From Trichodesmium erythraeum IMS101 (lineage in GTDB: Bacteria; Cyanobacteriota; Cyanobacteriia; Cyanobacteriales; Microcoleaceae): 32,000 nucleotides of DNA. Positions 18,092-26,680 of this stretch are shown here, piece after piece. Within the stretch, counting starts at the first letter, position 1, and every line of letters starts with the position of its first letter. The stretch is taken from the NCBI RefSeq assembly GCF_000014265.1, contig NC_008312.1:1530001-1562000 (forward strand). Direction: 5' to 3'. The position numbers and the translations under genes are program-made. A model generated the notes under the pieces. It saw only the letters and a program-made list of their open reading frames with translations. It ran no database searches and was not told where the DNA came from.

Positions 18092-18649
<558 letters not shown>

Positions 18650-19105
18650 TTATTTTTTTCTTCGTCCCTAATAGAATGTGAGGGACTAATTATTTGGTTT
18701 ACTTAATTTAACCGTTCGGATATAATATAAAGGTTAAAGTCCCACTTTGTCTTTGATTATTATAAAGTAATTAATGTTTTGTAACAAAATAAACAATTGT
18801 AACAATTTGTTTTTCATAAGTTATTTATTATAATATAATTCTAAGTAATATAGATGCAAATACTTTAAATTATTCATTACAAAAATTTTCAGCTAATAGA
18901 CTATAGTAGTTGAATTTAAGTAATGTAGATTTATAGTAGGGAAAGTTCTACTAGAATATTAAGATTCTACTTTTGAAAAGCAGGGTAGGGAGCTTTACAG
19001 AAGTTGGAATTTTGTGGTTTAGCCAATTAAAAACTGCTATGGCTCCTTAAGTTTTAGAGAGCTGAGGATTTCTGTTTTTTTGTAATGTTTAAAAAATCAT
19101 AATTT

Positions 19106-19111
19106 AAGGAG
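19106..19111 (+). promoter_or_regulatory. Shine-Dalgarno sequence of the linker gene
   Basis: AAGGAG lies 6 nt upstream of ATG 19118. Confidence 0.5.
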
Positions 19112-19117
19112 AAAAAT

Positions 19118-19912
19118 ATGGGCAATTTAGCCTTATCAGCAACTTTAGGATTAGATGCTTTTGAAGTTGAACCATTAGAGTTGCGTTCTAATTTTACAGA
19201 AGATGACTTACAAACTGTTATTCGAGCGGTCTATAAACAGGTATTAGGAAATGAATATATGATGGAAAGCCAACGTCTTCACAGTCCAGAAGCTCTGTTG
19301 AGAAATGGATCCATTAATGTACGTGAGTTTATCAGAGTTGTGGCCAAATCACCTTTGTATCAGTCTCTCTTCTTTCATAGTTCTTCCCAAAACCGATTTA
19401 TTGAACTCAACTTTAAACACCTTTTAGGTCGTCCTCCTCTCGATCAAGCGGAAATTAGTGATCATGTTTTAATATATCGCGAGCAAGGATATGATGCGGA
19501 AATAGATTCTTACCTTGATAGTAATGACTATATTAATAGTTTTGGAGAAGATATTGTTCCTTATCCTCGTCAGATAAAGAGCCGACGTGGGATGAAGACG
19601 GAAAGTTTCAATCGGACATTTTCTTTATTAAGAGGACCAGCTACAAGCGATCGCGATCGCAGTGCCAAATTAATTTCCTCTTTAGCTGCTAATTTAGCAA
19701 CTCCAATCAAAGCACCAGCAGTTGGTAACGGAGCAGCTTCCAGCAATACATCTAAATCTTTCCTGATCGAGTTTTTATCTCGTACTGCTGATGCCAGGCT
19801 GAATCGTCGTGGGAAAAGAAAAAGGGTCGTTACCTATTCTCAAATGAACCAACAAGTTCGCAATATTCACAGAAGTGGTGGTAAAATTGTTAAGATAACT
19901 GAGTTAGTTTAA
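19118..19912 (+). CDS. Phycoerythrin-associated rod linker polypeptide (CpeC/CpeD/CpeE class)
   Basis: The PBS-linker domain pattern is present: VIRAVYKQVLGNEYMMESQRL...LRNGSINVREFIRVVAKSPLYQSLFF...QNRFIELNFKHLLGRPP.DQAEISDHV.IY.EQGYDAEIDSYLDSNDYINSFGEDIVPYPR. A C-terminal CpcD-like domain follows: RVVTYSQMNQQVRNIHRSGGKIVKITEL. It is divergent from the PE beta/alpha pair. Confidence 0.85.
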   Translation: MGNLALSATLGLDAFEVEPLELRSNFTEDDLQTVIRAVYKQVLGNEYMMESQRLHSPEALLRNGSINVREFIRVVAKSPLYQSLFFHSSSQNRFIELNFKHLLGRPPLDQAEISDHVLIYREQGYDAEIDSYLDSNDYINSFGEDIVPYPRQIKSRRGMKTESFNRTFSLLRGPATSDRDRSAKLISSLAANLATPIKAPAVGNGAASSNTSKSFLIEFLSRTADARLNRRGKRKRVVTYSQMNQQVRNIHRSGGKIVKITELV

Positions 19913-20131
19913 CTCCACTATTGGGAGGTTCAGAGCTTGGTACAACAAGAAACGTCTATGGGCGAGTCAAACCTTATTTGTAAAGCATTATGGGGGATTC
20001 TTTATATACTTTTTTAGTACTGAAATACTGAACCACAACAATGTAACTATAAAGTTTAGGAGCTTTCTGTGAAAGGAAGAAGCCATGATTCATTTTAAAA
20101 TTAAGGGCAGGTTTTTTTTGACTGAATAATC

Positions 20132-20161
20132 TTTCCTAGTTGTGTAAGCACAACTAGGAAA
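20132..20161. repeat. Perfect 13-bp-stem hairpin with a tetraloop
   Basis: tttcctagttgtg-taag-cacaactaggaaa. It is not followed by a T-run. It sits 220 bp downstream of the linker gene and directly upstream of the TnpB relic. Confidence 0.8.
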
Positions 20162-20167
20162 CTTCAT

Positions 20168-20925
20168 AAACTGGCAACTTATGTAGCCAAAACCAATGCT
20201 TAGAGGTCAATAGAAGATTTTAACCTCAAGGGTATTTTAGCTAACCCCGACTCACCTCCATCCCCTCATTCAGAGGGGAGCAAGAGGGGTTGGTACAGAC
20301 GATGAATTTTATGAGTTTAGGAGACAGCTTGAATATAAAACTCAGTGGTACCGTTCTGGGGCAGGTAAGCTGTTGGTTATAATCTAGTATTATTTCTCTC
20401 TATCTGTAATTATCTTTATTCATTTTACTTGGATTCAAAACTAAACTGCACTCAAATAACCAACAAAAAACATTGCTGGCTAAACATGAGCTTTGTAGTC
20501 GGTGAATAAATAAACCTTCGCGCAACCATGCTAAAGGTAATAATATTAATAAGATTAGCGCGGAGTCAACTCTAGAACTCTAGAAGTCAAGGTGGGAAGT
20601 AAGGGAAAATATAAACCTAATCTCAAAGTCACCCTAATTATCAGGATCCGAATGAGGAGCGAAACTCTCAAGTTTAATTTTGAAACAGAGGTCAAGGGTG
20701 GTGATACCCTCGTCGAATGTGACTTTCCATCATCAAAAACTGGCTAAATATTGCGGTCACGTCTAAGATATGCCATAGAAGTTTAAGAATTTATGACTGC
20801 CCTGAATGTTGTATATCTATAGACCGTGATTTGAACCCCAGTTTGAGTTATTAAAATGTAGTCGGCTTGAGAGTTGATGCCTGTGAATGAATCAAATGCT
20901 GACGAGCTAAGGATAAGCAGGAATT
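20168..20925 (+). pseudogene. TnpB (IS200/IS605-family OrfB) relic: C-terminal half only, frameshifted and interrupted
   Basis: The recognisable pieces are:
- KLATYVAKTNA*RSIEDFNLKGILAN (20168-)
- DEFYEFRRQLEYKTQWYRSGAGKLLVI (20301-)
- FPSSKT...YDCPECCISIDRDLNPSLS...KQE (20723-20925)
These match the RuvC-II / zinc-finger / RuvC-III order of TnpB from memory. About 330 bp of unrelated sequence (20390-20715) splits the relic. Confidence 0.55.
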
Positions 20926-20980
20926 AAAAATCAAAATATAATTTATATAACGTTTGATACTGATTTTATGAAGCAGTCTA

Positions 20981-21107
20981 ATAAAATAGAAAATAGTAGT
21001 CAGTAACAAGCAAAATAATTGCTTTTATTAAAATAGGGCTGTTTGAAATTAAGTAGTATGATAAAATAGAAAATAGTAGTCAGTAACAAGTCAAATAATT
21101 GCTTTTC
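20981..21107 (+). repeat. Two direct copies of a ~46-bp unit, 80 bp apart, with a partial MITE 5' end between them
   Basis: ataaaatagaaaatagtagtcagtaacaag(c/tc)aaataattgctttt occurs at 20981-21026 and 21061-21107. Between the copies, tagggctgtttgaaattaag resembles the MITE start tagagttgtttggaattaag. Confidence 0.8.
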
Positions 21108-21146
21108 TGACTATTATAGCTTTTTTTATATTTGTTAGTATATTAG

Positions 21147-21287
21147 TAGAGTTGTTTGGAATTAAGGAAGAAAAATGGCTAAAACCCTTATCAGTTAAAG
21201 TCTATAGTGTTTTTTTGCCTAAAACTATGAAAATATTATATAGTAAGCATTTGAGTATGTTACATTTTCACATACCAAACAACTCTA
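21147..21287. mobile_element. MITE-like element with perfect 13-bp terminal inverted repeats
   Basis: TAGAGTTGTTTGG at 21147-21159 is matched by CCAAACAACTCTA at 21275-21287. It is 141 bp long and homologous to 3769-3921 and 3923-4065. It ends 22 bp before ATG 21310. Confidence 0.75.
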
Positions 21288-21309
21288 TTTTTGTTAGAGG
21301 AACTTAATA

Positions 21310-22242
21310 ATGAAACAAATGACAACCATTGAAACTTCCCAAATGAGTAATTATGATGATCGCATTATTGAAATTGAGGTGACAGGAGTCTGTCGTCAAG
21401 ATTTTAAACGGGTCAGTACTTACAAAAAGAAAGTTTCTCATAAGCGTATGAATGAAGCACTGCGAGAGATTTATTCTTTAGGAGGAAAAATTGTAAGCGT
21501 TACATTGTTAGGAGAATCAACAGCAACTCAGCCACCAGTTGAGACTTTAGAGGAATCAACAGCAACTCAGCCACCAGTTGAGACTTTAGAGGAATCAACA
21601 GCAACTCAGCAGCCCGTTGAGACTTTAGAGGAATCAACAGCAACTCAGCAGCCCGTTGAGACTTTAGAGGAATCAACAGCAACTCAGCCACCAGTTGAGA
21701 CTTTAGAGGAATCAACAGCAACTCAGCCACCAGTTGAGACTTTAGAGGAATCAACAGCAACTCAGCCACCAGTTGAGACTTTAGAGGAATCAACAGCAAC
21801 TCAGCCACCAGTTGAGACTTTAGAGGAATCAACAGCAACTCAGCCACCAGTTGAGACTTCAGAGGAATCAAAAGCAACTCAGCAGCCCGTTGAGACTTCG
21901 GAGGAATCAAAAGCAACTCAGCAGCCCGTTGAGACTTCAGAGGAATCAACAGCAACTCAGCAGCCCGTTGAGACTTCGGAGGAATCAAAAGCAACTCAGC
22001 AGCCCGTTGAGACTTCGGAGGAATCAACAGCAACTCAGCAGCCCGTTGAGACTTCAGAGGAATCAACAGCAACTCAGCAGCCCGTTGAGACCGACGTCAC
22101 ATTGTCGAAGAAATCACCAGCAAATCAGCAGCCCGTTGAGACCGACGTCACATTGTCGAAGAAATCACTTGCAAATAAGCAGCCAGTTAAGAATAAGGGT
22201 AAAAGAAGAGGGAAGAAAAAAACAGCTAAAAAAGATCTTTAA
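21310..22242 (+). CDS. CpcD-like (small rod-cap linker) domain protein with about 15 tandem 13-aa acidic repeats and a polybasic C-terminus
   Basis: The N-terminus DDRIIEIEVTGVCRQDFKRVSTYKKKVSHKRMNEALREIYSLGGKIVSVTLLGE fits the CpcD domain (..RMN.....I...GGKIVS...). Compare the C-terminus of the linker at 19118-19912 and, from memory, the N-terminus of cyanobacterial FNR. Then come ESTATQ(P/Q)PVET(L/S)E in 14 full units plus a partial one, two TDVTLSKKS.AN.QPV units, and the tail KNKGKRRGKKKTAKKDL. Confidence 0.75.
   Translation: MKQMTTIETSQMSNYDDRIIEIEVTGVCRQDFKRVSTYKKKVSHKRMNEALREIYSLGGKIVSVTLLGESTATQPPVETLEESTATQPPVETLEESTATQQPVETLEESTATQQPVETLEESTATQPPVETLEESTATQPPVETLEESTATQPPVETLEESTATQPPVETLEESTATQPPVETSEESKATQQPVETSEESKATQQPVETSEESTATQQPVETSEESKATQQPVETSEESTATQQPVETSEESTATQQPVETDVTLSKKSPANQQPVETDVTLSKKSLANKQPVKNKGKRRGKKKTAKKDL
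21514..22191 (+). repeat. Tandem coding repeats: 14.8 copies of 39 bp followed by 2 copies of 51 bp
   Basis: The unit is gaatcaacagcaactcagccaccagttgagactttagag. The variants are cagccacca/cagcagccc, tta/tca/tcg and aca/aaa. The 39-bp units span 21514-22089. The 51-bp units accgacgtcacattgtcgaagaaatcac... lie at 22090-22140 and 22141-22191. Confidence 0.95.
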
Positions 22243-22439
22243 ATAATTGGTCAACTATTTGTGTGTTTATCCCTAAATTCACTTAAGTCTCAGTCTTGGC
22301 CTTTAAACTAAGAAGCTAATAAATTTAATATTTGTCTTTGACACAAGCACAGCAATAGGGTGGGCAAGACTTGTTACCCCTACCCCAGGCCTCTCCTCTA
22401 GAGATTAGGGGAGAGTTTTTTTTATAAAAGTCCTTAACA

Positions 22440-23297
22440 TTATTTAATTTGAGAAATAGCAATTTTAGCAACTTGTGAAATTCCAGGTCGATTATCTTCT
22501 AATTTAGCTTCTAAATAAGGTAAAGCTTCTTTTTCTCCTAATTTTCCTAATGCTAGAAAAGCTGCTTTTGATAATTCTAAATTAGATTCCTCTAATAGAG
22601 GAATAAGTTTAGCTAATGCCAATGCTGGTGGTATTTTACTTAAAGTCGCGATCGCTTCCAGACGCACTTCAATATCTCGATCCTCAAGGGCAGAAAAGAG
22701 AATTTGCTCTAAACTATTATCCCATCTGCTTTCTGCTATTCTCCCTAATGCTCCTACTACACTAACTCGAACATCTCTGTGATCTGATTGGTATGCTAAC
22801 AATAATTCTTCAATACCTTCTGAACCAATAAAGCCTAATGCCCAACTAGCTTGCCCCTTACATGTACCAGGATAATCTCCTTTTATGATTTCTAACAAAG
22901 GTTTAACGGCGAGGGCACCCATTTTGGCTAATGCTCCGGCAGATGAACTTTTGACCACTGTATCCTCATCATTTAATAGTGCATTAATTAAAGTGGGAAT
23001 AGAGGATGGTTCTTGAATTTGAGCTAATCCTTTTCCGGCCGAGCGCCTCACAACAGGATTAGGATGATTTGCTAGTGCTTTTAACAAGAAAGGAGTTATG
23101 GGTTTGCCAATTTTACCAAAAGCCTCAACAAAACCTAATCGAATCATACCTCGTTTATCTGCGAGGGCTTCTACCATTTTTTGTAATAGCTCAGAGTCTT
23201 TTGGGTCAAATGTTTTTTGGGTAAGTTGTTCATTAATTTGTTTTAATAATTGTTCAGTTTCTATGGGGTCTGGTAATTTCTCAGAAATATTAACCAT
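22440..23297 (-). CDS. HEAT-repeat E/F-type phycobiliprotein lyase, CpeF/MpeU-like paralog 2
   Basis: 285 aa, paralog of 13881-14813 (see that entry). The HEAT units include NPVVRRSAGKGLAQI, DEDTVVKSSSAGALAKMG, HRDVRVSVVGALGRIA and DIEVRLEAIATLSKI. Confidence 0.75.
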   Translation of the reverse strand: MVNISEKLPDPIETEQLLKQINEQLTQKTFDPKDSELLQKMVEALADKRGMIRLGFVEAFGKIGKPITPFLLKALANHPNPVVRRSAGKGLAQIQEPSSIPTLINALLNDEDTVVKSSSAGALAKMGALAVKPLLEIIKGDYPGTCKGQASWALGFIGSEGIEELLLAYQSDHRDVRVSVVGALGRIAESRWDNSLEQILFSALEDRDIEVRLEAIATLSKIPPALALAKLIPLLEESNLELSKAAFLALGKLGEKEALPYLEAKLEDNRPGISQVAKIAISQIK

Positions 23298-23318
23298 GAA
23301 AAATTAATAATCAATCAA

Positions 23319-23792
23319 TCAAGATTTTAATAATTCTACCATATCAGAATAATTGTATTTTTGAGCCATAATCAATGCCGTTAAACCATTCTCTTCCTGA
23401 ATATCTTTTCGGGCTTTATTTTCTAGCAACACTTGCACTGTGTCAGGATGATTATGGGCAACAGCCATCATTAAAGCAGTCCATCCTCGAGCATCTTGAA
23501 CATTAATATTTGCTTCATATTCAAGAATAGTTTTAACTGTTACAGTATGACCAAAAGAAGCGGATGCTTGTAAGGCTGTAACACCATATTTATCGGCAGC
23601 ATTAATATCTGCTCCTAGAGCTAGCAGAATTTTAACGGTGGCAGTTTCTCCTTGTCGAGCCGCCCACATCAAAGCTGTCCTATTAAAGATGATGTCTGTA
23701 GCATCTATATTATCAGCTTGTACAAGCAAAGTTTGTACTAGATCAACATGACCCTTTTTAGCCGCTTCTATCAATTTATCATTGGTATCCAT
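23319..23792 (-). CDS. Ankyrin-repeat protein (about 4 ANK units)
   Basis: The 157-aa ORF contains KLIEAAKKGHVDLVQTLL, NRTALMWAARQGETATVKILLALGADINAADKYGVTALQASASFGHTVTVKTILEYEANINVQDARGWTALMMAVAHNHPDTVQVLLENKA and GLTALIMAQ. Its stop is 21 bp upstream of the start of the lyase gene 22440-23297 on the same strand. Confidence 0.9.
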   Translation of the reverse strand: MDTNDKLIEAAKKGHVDLVQTLLVQADNIDATDIIFNRTALMWAARQGETATVKILLALGADINAADKYGVTALQASASFGHTVTVKTILEYEANINVQDARGWTALMMAVAHNHPDTVQVLLENKARKDIQEENGLTALIMAQKYNYSDMVELLKS

Positions 23793-23897
23793 TTTTCCTA
23801 TTCATTTATAAGTTTAAGTTGGTAGTATTTGTAGCTAATTCCTTGAATTAACTTATACCATTTATCCAAAACTTTTCACCTCGGATATTGAAAGTAG

Positions 23898-23925
23898 GTA
23901 GAGATGCTGCATGAAACATCCCTAC
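23898..23925. repeat. Small dispersed hairpin repeat (GTAGAGATG...CATC.CTAC type), copy 1
   Basis: gtagagatgctgcatgaaacatccctac. The arms GTAGAGATG and CATCCCTAC pair with one mismatch. Copies 2 and 3 are at 25231 and 26655. Confidence 0.6.
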
Positions 23926-25230
23926 TGTCAGAAGAATAATTAACATTAACTTGCAATTGAGAAAGCCAAGAAGGCTGGGAGCGGTGCTCAAAAGCTTTAA
24001 AAGCATTAATAAAGGATTTAGGAACATAATGGTCAAAAAAGATGAGGCTTAATATTGTCAACAATGATTGTCTAATGACAGTCATTAATGTATGTACCAT
24101 AAACATTTAAAAAGTCAATTAAAGTTGAATGTTTAGTTAATATTGAAAATTTGAATTTATCATTCTTGAAGATCGATGAATACCTTTAGAAACTCTGGCA
24201 AATAATTAAGCAATAATACTTATAAATTCCTAAACCAAATCTTAACTACCTGTCTTAACGAACTAATATTAACCACTCTACTTGTCTTAAATATGAGCTT
24301 GTGCATTCACTCTCATAAGTTAATTTTTATTACTTTTGCTACTTAATTGCTTGACAAAATTGCAAAAAACATTGTTGAAAAAAAATCCATCCTTTTGTTT
24401 TGCAGTAGAGATGGTTGACTTAATAAATCAATGATAGTATTCACCTTTTGGCATTAGGCCATGAGAAGAGCGCCGATGCACCCAATTTGATTGAGCCATA
24501 ATTAGGGGAAGAGATTGCTCACCAATGGACAAAAAGTTTTATCTTTCATCAGACAATCTCTAAACTTATAGCACAAATGTTTGAGGGAGTTAATTTTGTA
24601 AGTCTGAAAAAACCCATCTATGACATAAAAATCTTTGACCTGTTCTTTCCCCTTAAGAATCAGATAATTTATACACCAAATTCGTGCAACGTGCAAAAAC
24701 CTTGGGGTGGAAGGTGTGAACAATATTGTTATGTATTTGCTGATTTTTGCGTCTATGGCGAAGTAAGTAAAATGATTCAAGTTTTTGGTAAAAATTTGTT
24801 GGAAATGGAAGAAAGCTTAACAATTTGGGAAGATTTGTTGGGATTAAATGGGTACATTGCCTGAAAATGTGTAGGACTTCCTGAAGAGACCCAGTGGTAT
24901 TTTTACAAGCTATATTTCAGAGGAGTTAAAGGTCAGGGGATTAATTTATTTGAGCAAGAAGTTCTGAATTATTTAAAATCAAAGGGGAAAAATTATGTAG
25001 AACAATACTTTTCTGAAATAGAGCAGCGGTTTTCCGAAGTCTATAAAAACTACAACAGTATACCTGAGTAGTTGTGGCAAAAGATTCAGCTAGTCTTGGA
25101 ACAGGAGAAAGAAAGTATCTCAACTCTAGGTAAACAAAAAAATACAACATCAAAACTTACCGTTTGCTTAAGTTTTTCAGGAATGATTTTCAAAAAATGT
25201 TACACACTTTACCCTATATTGTAAAAAATA

Positions 25231-25258
25231 GTAGAGATATGTCTAGGAATATCTCTAC
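25231..25258. repeat. Small dispersed hairpin repeat, copy 2
   Basis: gtagagata-tgtctaggaa-tatctctac has a perfect 9-bp stem. It lies 92 bp upstream of the cpeY start. Confidence 0.6.
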
Positions 25259-25349
25259 AAAGGTTTTAGTGTATCTTTATGCCCCAAACTGCTATATGAT
25301 TTATTCAATCAAGAAATTAATTGTTGATTGTAATTAACATAGACTGAAA

Positions 25350-26627
25350 ATGGATAAGCGTTTTTTCAATATATTTCCTGGATTAACTGAAGAAAAAGCA
25401 ATTGCTTTGTTAGAAACACCTCTAGAAGAATTAGAAGATAAATCAGACCGTTATATTGCAGCTAGTCATTTAGTTAATTTTCCTAGCGAACGATCAATTA
25501 ATGCTTTAATTAAAACTATACAAGATACAAATCCTGTTTTAGAACAAAAAATTGCTAGACGTAAGGCGATCGAAACATTGGGGCGTTTAAATGTGGTATC
25601 AGCATTGCCCACAATTCGATCTTGTTTGGGTGATGCGGACTGCTACACTACAGAAAATGCTGTTTGGGCAATTGGCGAAATAGGCACTGAAGACCAAGAA
25701 ATTCTGGCAGAAATTGCTCAGTTGTTGGAAAAACCTGATCAAAGTTATCGTTTGATTATTCAGGTGTTAGGAAAGTTTAACTATAAACCTGCAATAACTA
25801 AGATTCAGCAGTTTACAGAATATGATGACAAACCTATTGCTAGTGCAGCGATCGCTACTATTTGCCGTTTAACGGGGGACTACTCACAAATAACAAAGGT
25901 GGTGGAGTTTTTACAGCACTCTAGTGTTAATGCTAGGCGGGGTTGTATTCAAGATCTGATTGATACTAAATATTATAAGTCGATTCCAAATATTGCAAAA
26001 TGCCCTGTATCCATGGTTTTTCGTCTCCGGGGCATTAGACTTTTAGCACAAGCAGGTATTCCCACAGGTGAGATTAACTTTGCTGAAATTGAACCCTTTT
26101 TAGATTCAGTTATTCGCGACCATCCCAATGATTTAGAATTAGTTCACGAATATGACCAAGCTCCAGCCTTAGAATTTGTGATTAAGGAATTATATAGTAC
26201 AGATTTTGGTAGGTGTTATTTAGCTAGTAAGACTCTTTTGCAACATTTTGATCCAGAAGTTACAGGTGCAACATTAATGGCAACTTTTGCAGAAAGTGCC
26301 CATAATGATTATGGTGCTCACTATCATGTAGTTAAACTTTTAGGTTGGCTTAAATATGTTGATGCTTATGATTTGTTGGTAGAAGCACTTTACAATAAAG
26401 CACCTCAGTTTCAAAAATCTCGTGGTGCTGCTGCACTTGCTCTGGCAAATTTGGGAGATGAGCGATCGATACCTTTGCTTAGAAAAACTATCAGTGATAC
26501 AAGAATTTTTGATTTGAAATATGCTTGTTTATTGGCATTAAGACAGTTAGGAGATAGTCAGACTGCTAAGGTGCTTGTTGATGATTCAGATTTATTGATT
26601 CAAACTAAAGCCAAAAGTATGATTTGA
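25350..26627 (+). CDS. cpeY: Phycoerythrobilin lyase subunit CpeY (large HEAT-repeat E/F-type lyase)
   Basis: 425 aa. The N-terminus MDKRFFNIFPGLTEEKAIALLETP...SDRYIAASHLVNFPSERSINALI...RRKAIETLGRL...DCYTTENAVWAIGEIGT matches CpeY as I recall it from Fremyella/Synechococcus. The size of about 430 aa is typical. Confidence 0.85.
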   Translation: MDKRFFNIFPGLTEEKAIALLETPLEELEDKSDRYIAASHLVNFPSERSINALIKTIQDTNPVLEQKIARRKAIETLGRLNVVSALPTIRSCLGDADCYTTENAVWAIGEIGTEDQEILAEIAQLLEKPDQSYRLIIQVLGKFNYKPAITKIQQFTEYDDKPIASAAIATICRLTGDYSQITKVVEFLQHSSVNARRGCIQDLIDTKYYKSIPNIAKCPVSMVFRLRGIRLLAQAGIPTGEINFAEIEPFLDSVIRDHPNDLELVHEYDQAPALEFVIKELYSTDFGRCYLASKTLLQHFDPEVTGATLMATFAESAHNDYGAHYHVVKLLGWLKYVDAYDLLVEALYNKAPQFQKSRGAAALALANLGDERSIPLLRKTISDTRIFDLKYACLLALRQLGDSQTAKVLVDDSDLLIQTKAKSMI

Positions 26628-26654
26628 GTTGTAATGTTTTAGTAAGGATAAGGG

Positions 26655-26680
26655 GTAGAGATGTTGCATAAACATCTTTC
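26655..26680. repeat. Small dispersed hairpin repeat, copy 3; possible cpeY terminator or stabiliser stem
   Basis: gtagagatgttgcataaacatctttc shares the core GTAGAGATG.TGCAT.AACATC with copy 1. The stem is AGATGTT/AACATCT. It lies 28 bp after the cpeY stop. Confidence 0.5.

Noticed and set aside
19647-19660. Overlapping double HIP1 site GCGATCGCGATCGC inside the linker gene (encodes SDRDR).
   Set aside because: HIP1 octamers are abundant in many cyanobacterial genomes, and at least ten occur in this window. It is useful as a taxonomic hint only.
21514-22191. Possible CRISPR array, because of the regular ~39-bp periodicity.
   Set aside because: The units are directly adjacent with no unique spacers, are in frame within a protein-coding ORF, and no cas genes or leader are present.
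21500-22246. Long ORFs on the minus strand (21500-22072, 190 aa) and in another + frame (21851-22246, 131 aa) over the 39-bp repeat array.
   Set aside because: They are repeat shadows. Any stop-free 39-bp unit stays open in several frames. Only the 21310 frame has a proper start, a recognisable N-terminal domain and a coherent C-terminus.
23848-25153. Cluster of short overlapping ORFs (23848-24036, 23876-24106, 24502-24780, 24577-24864, 24941-25153), and a + frame ...NSIPE*LWQKIQLVLEQEKE... that vaguely resembles an IS5-type transposase N-terminus.
   Set aside because: The frames overlap, contain stops, and have no motif I can name with confidence. This is probably more mobile-element debris, but it is not supportable as features.
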